DNA of 64,000 nucleotides from the NCBI GenBank assembly GCA_045594705.1, contig JAZNZB010000090.1, positions 20,679 through 84,678 of the forward strand, in the 5' to 3' direction. Within the stretch, counting starts at the first letter, position 1. Each line of letters begins with the position of its first letter. The position numbers and the translations under genes were made by a program. The notes below the pieces were generated by a model. The model was given only the letters and a program-made list of their open reading frames with translations. It ran no database searches and was not told the DNA's origin. Of the stretch, positions 1-9,452 are shown piece after piece. The DNA is from Eubacteriales bacterium (lineage in GTDB: Bacteria > Bacillota > Clostridia > Oscillospirales > CAG-272).

Positions 1-972
1 GCGGTAGAGCTGCAAAAAAGCAACGTGCTTTTGATCGGCCCGACCGGTGTCGGTAAGACTTATCTTGCTCAGACCTTGGCCAAGACCCTGCAGGTTCCCT
101 TCGCAATCGCAGATGCAACCACGCTGACTGAAGCCGGTTACGTTGGTGAGGACGTTGAGAATATTTTGCTCCGACTGATCCAGGCTGCCGACTATGACGT
201 AGAGCTTGCGGAACACGGTATCATCTATATCGACGAGATCGATAAGATCTCCAGAAAAAGCGAAAACAGATCGATCACGCGTGATGTTTCCGGTGAGGGT
301 GTCCAGCAGGCACTGCTCAAGATTCTTGAAGGTACTGTTGCAAACGTACCCCCACAGGGCGGCCGTAAGCATCCCAACCAGGAGTTCATCAAGATCAACA
401 CCGAGAATATTCTCTTTATCTGCGGCGGCGCTTTTGACGGCCTGGAAGGTATTATTGAAAAGAGACGCGGCAATCAGGCGATCGGCTTCTGTGCTGATAT
501 TCAGAAGAAAACCGAGAGGCGTGACAGCGGTATTTACCGTGACGTCACACCCCACGATATTGTCAAGTACGGTCTGATCCCCGAGCTGATCGGCAGACTT
601 CCCGTCATCGTTTCTTTGAATGATCTTGACAAGGATGCCCTGCTGCGCATTATCAAGGAGCCCAAATCGGCTCTGCTAAAGCAGTACGTTAAGCTCTTTG
701 ATATGGACAACGTCAAGCTGACGCTGACCGATGATGCGCTCGAAGCAATCGCAGAGCTTGCCATCAAGCGTAATACCGGCGCACGCGGTCTTCGTTCCAT
801 CATGGAGAATATCATGATGAAAACCATGTTTGAGATCCCCTCTCGCGACGACGTTGCAGAGGTCGTCATTCACCGTGACTGCGTAGAAGTTGGCGCATTG
901 CCTGAGCTGGTCATTCGCACTGAGCAAATCGAGACGCCAAACGACACGTTATTGCTAGAGAATCAAGAATAA
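1..972 (+). CDS. clpX: ATP-dependent Clp protease ATP-binding subunit ClpX, 5'-truncated by the window edge
   Basis: Frame 1 is open from base 1 ([20 protein letters not shown]). Walker A GPTGVGKT, Walker [25 protein letters not shown] and GARGLRS motifs are typical of ClpX. A terminator follows. Confidence 0.95.
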   Translation, partial: AVELQKSNVLLIGPTGVGKTYLAQTLAKTLQVPFAIADATTLTEAGYVGEDVENILLRLIQAADYDVELAEHGIIYIDEIDKISRKSENRSITRDVSGEGVQQALLKILEGTVANVPPQGGRKHPNQEFIKINTENILFICGGAFDGLEGIIEKRRGNQAIGFCADIQKKTERRDSGIYRDVTPHDIVKYGLIPELIGRLPVIVSLNDLDKDALLRIIKEPKSALLKQYVKLFDMDNVKLTLTDDALEAIAELAIKRNTGARGLRSIMENIMMKTMFEIPSRDDVAEVVIHRDCVEVGALPELVIRTEQIETPNDTLLLENQE

Positions 973-978
973 TGAAAG

Positions 979-1010
979 GATCCGCACCTTGAAGGTGCGG
1001 ATCTTTATTT
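979..1010. terminator. Rho-independent terminator shared by convergent clpX and the Cys-rich gene
   Basis: 10-bp stem gatccgcacc (979-988) / ggtgcggatc (994-1003), 5-nt loop, then tttattt. An A-rich run lies on the other side. Confidence 0.8.
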
Positions 1011-1833
1011 ATGAGCAACCGCAATTTCCTGTTCGGTCTGCTTTGAGCTCTCCGCAATATCCGGGAGGACAAAACTCTGCCGTCGGGAAAGGTATATGGC
1101 GGAAGACACTGCAGGGATCGGAAGAATCGTTGCTGACGCATTCCTTATCCGGCACACAGTACTCGGTAGCATGTACTAGATACTGTGCAGGTCTGACAAG
1201 ACGAATGACTGAGAAGAGGCCAAAGGATACAGCAAGGTATCTGCGGTAGTTGTCGTCATCGCCCAGATATTGACCAAGATCAGGGCATACGTTCTCGGGT
1301 ACGTCGCAAGGGCAACAACAGCAGGTGCAGCATTCCTCTACGTGCTCTACGACCTTTACGCCAAGCACGATGGGATCAACCACCTCAATAATGGCCTGGG
1401 GTACGTTCTTTTCCCCACAAACTGCTACAGGCGTTGCACAGAAATCATTGCTGCACTTACCGGATTTGAAGATGTTGACGTTGCTCTCGCTGCCGTATAA
1501 CACAACGGACTTCTCAAGCACGGCGATCCCTTGGAATTCCTGAGATCTGCCGTTAATGCACGCTTCAAAGACGATCTGAATATAGAAGCGAATGGTTACC
1601 GTATAAAAGCCCCTGTTGAACTGAACGGGTTCGATATTGATATGTGTCCAACGGATCTCGGCGCATTTTACACGAACGTTAGTGGTATGCTCAATGACTT
1701 CCTGGCCGAAGTCGGTCAAAAAGACGCGTACGTTTTCAAAGCAATCGCGGTCTCTGCAAGAGTCCAGGATGCGATTGGTTTCAATACACACCGTTTCCTT
1801 GCAGGCATTGCTCGTAAATCTGTTTTCAGACAT
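1009..1833 (-). CDS. Cysteine-rich hypothetical protein (24 Cys in 274 aa, CCTCCCCPC cluster), possible spore-coat-like or metal-binding protein
   Basis: Long ORF with a near-perfect RBS (taggaggtgttaccATG). I recognise no family. Cys count was read directly from the translation. Confidence 0.7.
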   Translation of the reverse strand: MSENRFTSNACKETVCIETNRILDSCRDRDCFENVRVFLTDFGQEVIEHTTNVRVKCAEIRWTHINIEPVQFNRGFYTVTIRFYIQIVFEACINGRSQEFQGIAVLEKSVVLYGSESNVNIFKSGKCSNDFCATPVAVCGEKNVPQAIIEVVDPIVLGVKVVEHVEECCTCCCCPCDVPENVCPDLGQYLGDDDNYRRYLAVSFGLFSVIRLVRPAQYLVHATEYCVPDKECVSNDSSDPCSVFRHIPFPTAEFCPPGYCGELKADRTGNCGCS

Positions 1834-1936
1834 GGTAACACCTCCTAAAGATCAGAAGCCAATGGCTTCTTCTCTAATATGGTATGCAGTGATGACGACA
1901 TCTGACATCGATAAACAAAAATATTTCTCAAACGAC

Positions 1937-1963
1937 AAAACCACCGCATTTTGCGGTGGTTTT
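1937..1963 (-). terminator. Rho-independent terminator after the membrane-protein gene
   Basis: aaaaccaccgca / tgcggtggtttt stem with a ttt loop. Runs on both sides fit termination on the minus strand. Confidence 0.75.
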
Positions 1964-1970
1964 GCTATTA

Positions 1971-2750
1971 TCATTGCGTTTTAGGCATCTTTTCGTCGTA
2001 TTTCATCATAATGAACATCATAATGCAATAGCAGATACACGCAAGAACTGCATTAAGCAGCAAATAGATGATCTGCATCCCAAGCCCTTCCACGTACTCA
2101 AACTTCAGTATTGAAAGGATATCAATATAAATATACTGAAAATAAAACGTCAGCCAATAGATGATTGCCGTTGAAAAAATGCCGAGCTGAACAGGGTTCT
2201 TAAAGCTGATAAAGGAGCTGAGCGGAAACGCGATTGAACGCTCGTCCTGCTTCTCTTTCCCAAGGATGTTTGCTTTTGCATTATATTCCTTGCGCTTTGC
2301 TTCCCTGCTTTTGAACAGCTTTGCCGTGATTAAACCTATCAAGAAGATTCTCAGGCAGTCAAGCGCGACGAACAGCACAAGATCCTCAAAGATACGTACG
2401 ATCAGATCCTGAACCGATTCCGGAAGCGTATTGGGAAACACCAGCCAGCCAATGCAAAGGATTGCAACGTAATGGAATACCGTAATACAGAAATACGCTG
2501 CATAAAGGGTGGTCAGGCTTTTTACGCCGAACAGATAAATCCCGTAAATGATCACGGATGCAGAAATAGCATAGGCAAAAATATCCACGACCGTGATCGC
2601 AATATCCAATATTTGCACGATAGGTGTATCCATATAAAGAACGTTACTGCTAAGCAGCATAGAGCCTGACAGCATCCCTATCAGTAATAGCATCAGCCCG
2701 CCGTAGCCGAACAGCAGGTTTATCAGTAGTTTCTTTTTATATAATGTCAT
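1971..2750 (-). CDS. Multi-pass integral membrane protein, unknown function
   Basis: The ORF track gives 1971..2756 from a TTG. The ATG at 2750 follows gaaaggga at good spacing. There are several long hydrophobic segments and a central charged loop (KSREAKRKEYNAKANILGKEKQDER). Confidence 0.6.
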   Translation of the reverse strand: MTLYKKKLLINLLFGYGGLMLLLIGMLSGSMLLSSNVLYMDTPIVQILDIAITVVDIFAYAISASVIIYGIYLFGVKSLTTLYAAYFCITVFHYVAILCIGWLVFPNTLPESVQDLIVRIFEDLVLFVALDCLRIFLIGLITAKLFKSREAKRKEYNAKANILGKEKQDERSIAFPLSSFISFKNPVQLGIFSTAIIYWLTFYFQYIYIDILSILKFEYVEGLGMQIIYLLLNAVLACICYCIMMFIMMKYDEKMPKTQ

Positions 2751-2893
2751 TTCCAAGTTCCCTTTCCATCATATGTAAACAGTATAGCACAAATGGCTCG
2801 GAAATGCTATCTCTAATTGTAAATTATTTGTCTTTGCGCATCATTTTCTCAGCTTTGGCATATGATGTATTGAGAAATATAAAGGAGTCGGAC

Positions 2894-3313
2894 ATGCACA
2901 CTGTTTTAGGCGTTGGAAAACAAAGGATTATCTATTTGAATTCGCAAGAATCAAAGCAAGTAAATGAACTGTTTGAGAGAGTTGTCAAATTATACCGCAT
3001 GAAGCATGAGATGGGATATCCGGACATCTGTGAAATGCATCGCAACAGTTGCTTGCTGTTTTCTGATGATACAAGCTTGCTCAAAAGCAACGACGTATGC
3101 CTGAGTATCGACGAACGACCTTGGGGGATTTATGTGGGCAATCATGCATATCACAAAAGAATTGCGCAAAAAGTCAGTCACATGGCGGGGATCGAACTGT
3201 TTGTTATAAACGACTTTACTCATATCAACATCGGGATAGGCGGTTTAATTGGCAAAGCCGAAATATATATGATATTAAAGGATGCTTTGCTGGAATTGCC
3301 AGGGTCAATATAA
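2894..3313 (+). CDS. Hypothetical protein (139 aa)
   Basis: The internal ATG at 2894 is preceded by aaaggag. The upstream part of the 2744 ORF overlaps the divergent gene and lacks an RBS. No recognisable motifs. Confidence 0.45.
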   Translation: MHTVLGVGKQRIIYLNSQESKQVNELFERVVKLYRMKHEMGYPDICEMHRNSCLLFSDDTSLLKSNDVCLSIDERPWGIYVGNHAYHKRIAQKVSHMAGIELFVINDFTHINIGIGGLIGKAEIYMILKDALLELPGSI

Positions 3314-3462
3314 TCCATCACTGTTTCCGCGTTTTTTATATCATGTCAGCCTGATAAACTCAAACATCCCGTTATTGCAAGATTTCTACTGTTGGTTGGT
3401 GCGGTTGAAATAGTCTTTGTAATTATTTCAACGAATTATTTTGAGAAATTTTCAAAAAGGGG

Positions 3463-3491
3463 TTGCAAAACGCCGTTATTTGTGATATAAT
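3463..3491 (+). promoter_or_regulatory. SigA-type promoter of the tRNA gene
   Basis: TTGCAA (3463-3468), 17-nt spacer, TGa-TATAAT (TATAAT 3486-3491). It lies 11 nt upstream of the tRNA 5' end. Confidence 0.75.
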
Positions 3492-3502
3492 ACCAGACGT
3501 TC

Positions 3503-3579
3503 GGAGGCGTAGCTCAGTTGGTCAGAGCGCACGGTTCACATCCGTGAGGTCATGGGTTCGAGCCCCCTCGTCTCCACCA
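3503..3579 (+). tRNA. tRNA-Val (anticodon CAC), CCA encoded
   Basis: Manual cloverleaf. Acceptor GGAGGCG/CGTCTCC has one G-U pair. D arm is GCTC-AGTTGGTCA-GAGC. Anticodon arm is CACGG-TTCACAT-CCGTG. T arm is ATGGG-TTCGAGC-CCCCT with one mismatch. Discriminator A is followed by CCA. Confidence 0.85.
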
Positions 3580-3584
3580 AGAGA

Positions 3585-3622
3585 ATATAGAGGGCATGCA
3601 TTTGCATGCCCTCTATATTTTT
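3585..3622. terminator. Rho-independent terminator after the tRNA, also downstream of the convergent SecB-like gene
   Basis: 16-nt arms atatagagggcatgca / tgcatgccctctatat followed by ttttt. Confidence 0.85.
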
Positions 3623-3647
3623 GAACTGTAGTTGTAGTTTTGAGAAT

Positions 3648-4058
3648 TTATTTGGAAAACAGTTCGGGATTATATCTGTAAATATCCTGTGCATCAATGT
3701 CTACACTCGGAATAATGATGGGCAATATTCCCGTAGTAGAAGAAATCGTAGATACTGCGGCTCTTGCAAAGGGATACAGTTGTTTGAAGGATTCCTTATG
3801 CAAAAGCTCCTTATCCTGCTCGGCGACGATCTCAAATATGCCTACCATGGTCATATCCACAGTCAAGGTATCCAGATTCTCCTGATCCGTCACCAGGATC
3901 TTCATTTCTCCTCTGCAGGTATGATTGTTTGCAAACTTTACCTGATAAGTATACTTTGTTTCCAGCTTGGATTTCCCTGTCGCAGTTGCGTGATTCTGAA
4001 ACTTCAGATCGGTAATACGGTACGTTTTCAAGATAAGTGCATTCATAATAATCTCCAT
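3648..4058 (-). CDS. SecB-like chaperone family protein (136 aa)
   Basis: Size and the C-terminal segment LYPFARAAVSTISSTTGILPIIIPSVDI resemble, as I recall it, the E. coli SecB region [28 protein letters not shown]. Confidence 0.55.
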   Translation of the reverse strand: MEIIMNALILKTYRITDLKFQNHATATGKSKLETKYTYQVKFANNHTCRGEMKILVTDQENLDTLTVDMTMVGIFEIVAEQDKELLHKESFKQLYPFARAAVSTISSTTGILPIIIPSVDIDAQDIYRYNPELFSK

Positions 4059-4084
4059 GCCGTTCCGTCGGCTCTGATAGTGAT

Positions 4085-4111
4085 GAAAAAAGAGGCCGAG
4101 GCCTCTTTTTT
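4085..4111. terminator. Bidirectional-looking terminator between the P-loop gene and the SecB-like gene
   Basis: aaaaaa-agaggcc-ga-ggcctct-ttttt. Confidence 0.7.
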
Positions 4112-4133
4112 CATAAAGACGTTGTGTATATAA

Positions 4134-4541
4134 TCACAGATACTTCTTGATGGTGTCGGAAGCCTCTTCTACAGGAAGAGAAGAAGTCATGACAACGTTA
4201 ACGTTCATCTTGGAGCAGAGCTCATCAACAGCAAGAACCATCTTCTCAAAAGCAGCGCGGTCCTCGTTGCAGATCTTCAGAGCGGAATCTACAAACAGAT
4301 CGGAAACGTCGTGGTTGCTTGCGAGAATGCCGGCGATAAAGCCGTACAGAGCCTCAGCATCGAATACCAGATATTCGTTGGTATTGATCAGTCTTGCCTG
4401 GTACTTGATGTCGTATCTCAGTTTCACACCCTTTTCAATGCAGACCACGTCACCGTGAGTCTTGGAAAGAGCGTCGTTAACCAGTTCAATCAAAGTCTTT
4501 GTTTTTCCGGTGCCTTTAACACCAATCAGCAATTTGAGCAT
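4134..4541 (-). CDS. Small stand-alone P-loop NTPase-like protein (135 aa)
   Basis: Walker A-like GVKGTGKT at residues 7-14 and a possible Walker B, DLFVDS. No further family recognised. Confidence 0.55.
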   Translation of the reverse strand: MLKLLIGVKGTGKTKTLIELVNDALSKTHGDVVCIEKGVKLRYDIKYQARLINTNEYLVFDAEALYGFIAGILASNHDVSDLFVDSALKICNEDRAAFEKMVLAVDELCSKMNVNVVMTSSLPVEEASDTIKKYL

Positions 4542-4616
4542 TTATTTAGTCCTCCATTGTATGCTTTACTACATTATACAGTATTTTTTGAAATATTACA
4601 AGACCTTTTTGAAAAT

Positions 4617-5954
4617 TTATCCCAATCTTGCCTCAAGTTTTTGCTTCATTTCCTCATATCCGGGCTTTCCGAGCAACGCGAACATATTTTTCTTGTATGC
4701 CTCTACGCCGGGCTGGTCAAAGGGATTAACGCCAAGCATATATCCGGAGATTGCGCAAGCCAGCTCAAAGAAGTAGATCATATAGCCCAGCGAGTATTCA
4801 CTGCGGTCCTTGACCTCGAGCAGAATGTTGGGTACACCGCCATCCACGTGTGCAAGCAGTGTTCCCTGCATTGCGGTCTTCTTAACGACGTTGAGATCCA
4901 CACCGGACAAGAAATTCAGACCGTCGACGTTTGCGGGATCGTTCGGGATTTCGAAGGTGACATCGCTGTTCTCAATAGAAATCACCGTCTCAAACAGATT
5001 GCGCATACCGTCCTGAATATACTGGCCAAGAGAATGCAGGTCGGTTGAGAAGATCACGGACGCCGGGAAGATACCCTTCTGATCCTTGCCCTCGCTCTCA
5101 CCGTAAAGCTGCTTCCACCATTCGTTGAACATCTGCGCATAGGTCTCATAACCAACCAAAATCTCGGTGGTCTTGCCCTTTCTGTACAGAATATTACGAA
5201 TTGCTGCATACTTGTAGCAGTCGTTTTTGCAGATGCAATCATCCGAGTAAGCAAGTCTTGCATCGTCAGCACCCTTCATCAGAGCGTCAATATCAATTCC
5301 GGCTACGGCGATGGGAAGAAGGCCGACCGCTGTCAGCACAGAAAATCTGCCGCCAACGTCATCCGGAACGACAAAGGTCTGATAGCCCATCTGATCAGAA
5401 AAGGCCTTGAGAGTGCCCTTTTGACGGTCTGTGGTAACGAAAATTCTTTCCTTGGCACCTTCCACGCCATACTTCTCTTCCAGCATATTACGGAATACGC
5501 GGAAGGCAACAGCGGGCTCAGTGGTTGTGCCTGATTTGGAAATCACGTTGATGCAAACGTCCTTGCCCTCACAAATGCTCAGCAGCTCAGCAATCGATGC
5601 AGCGCTGATATTACAGCCGGCAAAATAGATATCGGGGGTGTCCTTTTTCAAACTATTATACAGCGGAGACTTCAGATATTCAATCACAGCGCGTGCGCCG
5701 AGATAAGAGCCGCCAATACCAATGACGATAAATACGTCACAGGATTTCTGAATCTTTTGTGCGCACGTCTTGATTGCTGCAAATTCTTGCTTGTCATAAT
5801 CATTGGGAAGCGTGGTCCAACCAAGAAAATCGTTGCCAAGCCCCGTTCTTTCGACCAGCATCTTATGTGCTGCACTGACCTGGGGCTGAATTGCGGAGTA
5901 TTCCTGATCAAGGATAAAACCATTCAAATAATTGTCATTCAGTCTGATAGCCAT
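4617..5954 (-). CDS. pgi: Glucose-6-phosphate isomerase
   Basis: 445-aa Firmicute-type PGI with a [11 protein letters not shown] motif. Overall sequence is typical of the ~450-aa bacterial PGI family. Confidence 0.93.
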   Translation of the reverse strand: MAIRLNDNYLNGFILDQEYSAIQPQVSAAHKMLVERTGLGNDFLGWTTLPNDYDKQEFAAIKTCAQKIQKSCDVFIVIGIGGSYLGARAVIEYLKSPLYNSLKKDTPDIYFAGCNISAASIAELLSICEGKDVCINVISKSGTTTEPAVAFRVFRNMLEEKYGVEGAKERIFVTTDRQKGTLKAFSDQMGYQTFVVPDDVGGRFSVLTAVGLLPIAVAGIDIDALMKGADDARLAYSDDCICKNDCYKYAAIRNILYRKGKTTEILVGYETYAQMFNEWWKQLYGESEGKDQKGIFPASVIFSTDLHSLGQYIQDGMRNLFETVISIENSDVTFEIPNDPANVDGLNFLSGVDLNVVKKTAMQGTLLAHVDGGVPNILLEVKDRSEYSLGYMIYFFELACAISGYMLGVNPFDQPGVEAYKKNMFALLGKPGYEEMKQKLEARLG

Positions 5955-6001
5955 TGATATACCGCCTTTTTTTGATTATTCGCCGTTGGGCGTCTACACA
6001 T

Positions 6002-6030
6002 ATTATACTCTATTTCTCTCGCTTTTTCAA
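6002..6030 (-). promoter_or_regulatory. SigA-type promoter of pgi
   Basis: Minus strand reads TTGAAA (6030-6025), 17 nt, TATAAT (6007-6002). Confidence 0.65.
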
Positions 6031-6053
6031 TACCCGAATCATGGATTTTCAAA

Positions 6054-7268
6054 CTAAATCAACAGAAATTTTGCGATGATTCTGCAAAGAACCTCCCCAA
6101 AACGGATTTTCTCAATATCTTGAGAGGAAAGTATACTTACACAACCGATCTGTTTCCCATCTATGGAATACACGACCTTACCAAGCTTATCCCCCTTATG
6201 CACAGGAGCAGTATAGAACTCACTGTCTAACTCGGCCTGCTCTTGTACTTTTGTAACCTGATTTTTTGGTAATACACAATAAAACCCTTGATACTGTGCT
6301 TGCACAGTATTCAAGGAGCCTCCTTTAACGGGAATTCCCGTTAAGACTCCGTTCTCCTGAGCGAAAAGCGAATAATTTGCAAATCCCCAATCGAATAGTT
6401 GGGTCGCAATTTGGTTTCGCACATCTCTGTTCTCAGCACCCATGACCACGCAGATCAAGGTCATGCCGTCACGCTCAGCCGTAGCGCTGACGCAAAAACC
6501 GGCCTTGGCTGTTGAACCGGTCTTTAAGCCATTGCAGCCGTTATAGAATCGCACCAACCTGTTTGTATTTGTCAAGCCGAACGCACCTTCACGAATTGTA
6601 TCCATCCAGATCGAACTGTATTCCAGTATCTTTTCATGTTTGATCAGCTCTCTGGACATAATGGAGATATCCCGTGCCGATGTGTAATGATTGAGTGTCG
6701 TATCATCCAGACCGTTGGTGTTTTCAAATTTTGTATTCAGCATATCAAGCTGCAGTGCTTTTTCATTCATCATTTTCACGAATGATTCTTCACTTCCTGC
6801 GATATGCTCTGCAAGTGCGAGAGCAGCATCATTTGCCGAGGCGATCACAACACTCTTGACCATGTCCTCAACACTCATGCGCTCACCTTCCTTGAGGTAG
6901 ATTTGCGAGCCGCCCATTGAACATGCGTGTGCACTGGCTGTGACCATGTCGTTCCAACCTATCTTTCCTTGTTCGACCGCTTCCATAACTAACAGCAAGG
7001 TCATTATCTTTGTTACGGAAGCAGGTGGTAACCCTTGGTCTGCATTCATTTCATACAATACGGTTCCGGTTTGTGCTTCCATCAGAACCGCTGATTTGCA
7101 TGCAAGATCACCTTCAAACGTGATGGTCTGACTTGTAGTTTGCCATAATGACCAATCCTCTTCCGATATCAGCGTTGCATCATCATCCGCATAAGCAGTA
7201 CCGGTCAGGATGCAAACCAATGTCAATATTGCAAGCATAAAGGATATGATATTTTTGCTTTGTTTCAT
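6054..7268 (-). CDS. Serine-type D-Ala-D-Ala carboxypeptidase (PBP5/DacB-like) with signal peptide
   Basis: SVTK (SxxK), SAND (SxN) and KTGST (KTG) motifs. The ATG at 7268 follows gaaaggcgg at 8 nt, whereas the ORF track starts at a TTG at 7292. Hydrophobic N-terminus. Confidence 0.88.
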   Translation of the reverse strand: MKQSKNIISFMLAILTLVCILTGTAYADDDATLISEEDWSLWQTTSQTITFEGDLACKSAVLMEAQTGTVLYEMNADQGLPPASVTKIMTLLLVMEAVEQGKIGWNDMVTASAHACSMGGSQIYLKEGERMSVEDMVKSVVIASANDAALALAEHIAGSEESFVKMMNEKALQLDMLNTKFENTNGLDDTTLNHYTSARDISIMSRELIKHEKILEYSSIWMDTIREGAFGLTNTNRLVRFYNGCNGLKTGSTAKAGFCVSATAERDGMTLICVVMGAENRDVRNQIATQLFDWGFANYSLFAQENGVLTGIPVKGGSLNTVQAQYQGFYCVLPKNQVTKVQEQAELDSEFYTAPVHKGDKLGKVVYSIDGKQIGCVSILSSQDIEKIRFGEVLCRIIAKFLLI

Positions 7269-7320
7269 TTCATACACCGCCTTTCGTTGCAATATATGAA
7301 AGAATGTGATCTGTTATGTA

Positions 7321-7349
7321 AAAAAGCCACTCCGAAGAGTGGCTTTTTG
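7321..7349 (-). terminator. Rho-independent terminator after galM
   Basis: aaaaagccactc-cgaa-gagtggcttttt. Confidence 0.8.
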
Positions 7350-7352
7350 CTA

Positions 7353-8414
7353 TTATTTTACATAGAACTTGAATTCTGTTGTGGTGTTATACAGGTCTCC
7401 GGGGCGAAGCACGCAATTGGTAAATTCGGGATGATTGGGGCTGTCCGGCATGATCTGCGTTTCCAAGCAGAAGGCGTTCTGCGTTGCCTTGCGGTAGCCG
7501 CCAAAGAACGGATGCCCGTCATCAGTCAGGAAGTTGCCGCTATAGAACTGTACACAAGGCAAATCGGTGCGAACGTCCATCGCCCTGCCCGTTTTGGGAT
7601 CGTATGCAGTTGCAACACGCTTAATTTTGCCATCAAAGTTCTCAAAGCACCAGCAATGGTCGTAGCCACCTGCAATTTTGAGATCCTTGTTTTCGGTAAA
7701 GAAATCTTGTCCGATTGTCTTTGCTTGTCTGAAATCAAACGGTGTACCCTCAACAGATGCAATCTCGCCTGTCGGAATAAGATTGTCGTCAGTTTTGAGA
7801 TAACGGTCTGCATCCATTTGCAGTACCTGGTCAAATACCTTACCCGAAGCGAATCCGGAAAGGTTAAAGTAAGCATGATTGGTCATGCTGATTACCGTGG
7901 GCTTGCTTGTCATTGCCTTATAATCAATTGCCAACGTATCGTCTTCGGTGATGCGGTACGTTACGGTAATCGTCAACTCTCCGGGAAATCCCTCTTCCAT
8001 ATCGGGAGAGATCATGGAGAAGTAGACGCTGGGCTGAGTTGTGTCAGAATAGGACGATGCCCAAACCTTGTGAGAAAAGCCTACCTTTCCGCCATGCAGC
8101 GTGTTCTTACCGTTATCGTTGGGATAAAGCTGATATTCATTTCCGTCAAGCGAAAATTTTGCACCGCCGATGCGGTTTGCATATCTGCCCACCAGAGCAC
8201 CGACGTAACCGTCGGAAGCTATCAGATCAGCAAGGCTGTCATAGCCGCAAACAACGTTTGTAAAGCATCCATTACGATCGGGTGTTTCAATCCCCATCAG
8301 AGTACCGCCAAATTCACACACCTTGACGCGAATACCGCCCGTGTGATGCTGAAGCGTATAACAATACACCTCTTGTCCGTCCGGCATATAGCCAAATAAT
8401 TCTTTTGTGACCAT
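7353..8414 (-). CDS. galM: Aldose 1-epimerase (galactose mutarotase)
   Basis: 353 aa. LHGGKVGF, NHAYFNL and CLETQIMPDSPNH segments are typical of the aldose epimerase family. Confidence 0.88.
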   Translation of the reverse strand: MVTKELFGYMPDGQEVYCYTLQHHTGGIRVKVCEFGGTLMGIETPDRNGCFTNVVCGYDSLADLIASDGYVGALVGRYANRIGGAKFSLDGNEYQLYPNDNGKNTLHGGKVGFSHKVWASSYSDTTQPSVYFSMISPDMEEGFPGELTITVTYRITEDDTLAIDYKAMTSKPTVISMTNHAYFNLSGFASGKVFDQVLQMDADRYLKTDDNLIPTGEIASVEGTPFDFRQAKTIGQDFFTENKDLKIAGGYDHCWCFENFDGKIKRVATAYDPKTGRAMDVRTDLPCVQFYSGNFLTDDGHPFFGGYRKATQNAFCLETQIMPDSPNHPEFTNCVLRPGDLYNTTTEFKFYVK

Positions 8415-8416
8415 GA

Positions 8417-9436
8417 TTATTCTCCGTAACCGTCAGGATTCATGCTCTGCCAGCGATAAGCGTCCTCGCACATACGATTGATATCATACTTTGCTTTCCA
8501 TCCAAGCACCTGTTCGGCTTTGGTAGGATCTGCATAGCAGGTTGCAATATCGCCCGGACGACGCTCCACGATTCGGTAAGGCAGCGGCTTTCCGGTGGCC
8601 TTTTCAAATGCATGAACAACTTCCAGAACCGAATAGCCCTTACCTGTACCGATGTTGAAGTACTCAATTCCCTCTTGCTTCATAGCAAGCTCCAGCGCAG
8701 AAAGGTGTGCCTGTGCAAGGTCGACAACGTGAATATAGTCACGGACGCCTGTACCGTCGGGGGTAGGATAATCGTTACCGTAAACGCGAAGATACTCGCG
8801 CTTGCCGGATGCGACCTGCGTAATATAAGGAAGCAGATTGTTGGGAATTCCGTTGGGGTCTTCACCGATCAGTCCGCTTTCGTGTGCACCGATCGGATTG
8901 AAATAGCGAAGAATCGAGATCCTCCAGGCGGGATCGGAAATATAGGTATCCTTGAGGATACGCTCAATCATGTGCTTGGTTTCTCCATAAGGGTTGGTTG
9001 TGTTTCCCGTCGGGAAATCTTCGCGGATCGGCACGGTTGCGGGATCGCCGTACACTGTTGCTGAGGAGCTGAATACGATGGTTTTAACGCCATGCTCCCT
9101 CATGGAATTACAAAGATTTATAGTTCCGGTCAGATTGTTGTGGTAGTATGCAAGAGGCATGCTGACGGATTCACCAACTGCCTTAAGACCTGCAAAATGA
9201 ATGCAGGAATCAATATCCGGGCACTCGTCAAGCATACGGTCAACCGCAGGCTTATCGAGCAAATCGATCTGATAAAACCTGAAGCTCTTCCCTGTAATCT
9301 GCTTAATGCGATCCAGGACACAGGGCTTACTGTTCGAAAAATTATCGAGGATTACCAAGTCATAACCCTTATTCAAAAACTCTACTGCGGTGTGAGAGCC
9401 GATGAAGCCTGCACCGCCTGTAATCAGAACTGCCAT
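8417..9436 (-). CDS. galE: UDP-glucose 4-epimerase
   Basis: 339 aa with an N-terminal GGAGFIGSH Rossmann motif and the catalytic YGETK (YxxxK). Confidence 0.93.
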   Translation of the reverse strand: MAVLITGGAGFIGSHTAVEFLNKGYDLVILDNFSNSKPCVLDRIKQITGKSFRFYQIDLLDKPAVDRMLDECPDIDSCIHFAGLKAVGESVSMPLAYYHNNLTGTINLCNSMREHGVKTIVFSSSATVYGDPATVPIREDFPTGNTTNPYGETKHMIERILKDTYISDPAWRISILRYFNPIGAHESGLIGEDPNGIPNNLLPYITQVASGKREYLRVYGNDYPTPDGTGVRDYIHVVDLAQAHLSALELAMKQEGIEYFNIGTGKGYSVLEVVHAFEKATGKPLPYRIVERRPGDIATCYADPTKAEQVLGWKAKYDINRMCEDAYRWQSMNPDGYGE

Positions 9437-9452
9437 TTTTATTTCCTCCGTA

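Noticed and set aside
3580-4616. A tRNA-Val-adjacent integrated island.
   Set aside because: No integrase is present, and no direct repeat of the tRNA 3' end appears near the pgi boundary. Only two small genes lie there.
7260-8399. A 379-aa ORF antisense to galM. Similar antisense ORFs occur at 45959..46858, 12443..13231, 19909..20721, 21046..21675, 21715..22470, 26088..26894, 39896..40765, 40817..41794, 42600..43319, 56369..57043, 57118..57765, 58516..59163 and 59190..59903.
   Set aside because: Each is a shadow of a confidently assigned gene on the other strand. None has an RBS or recognisable domains.
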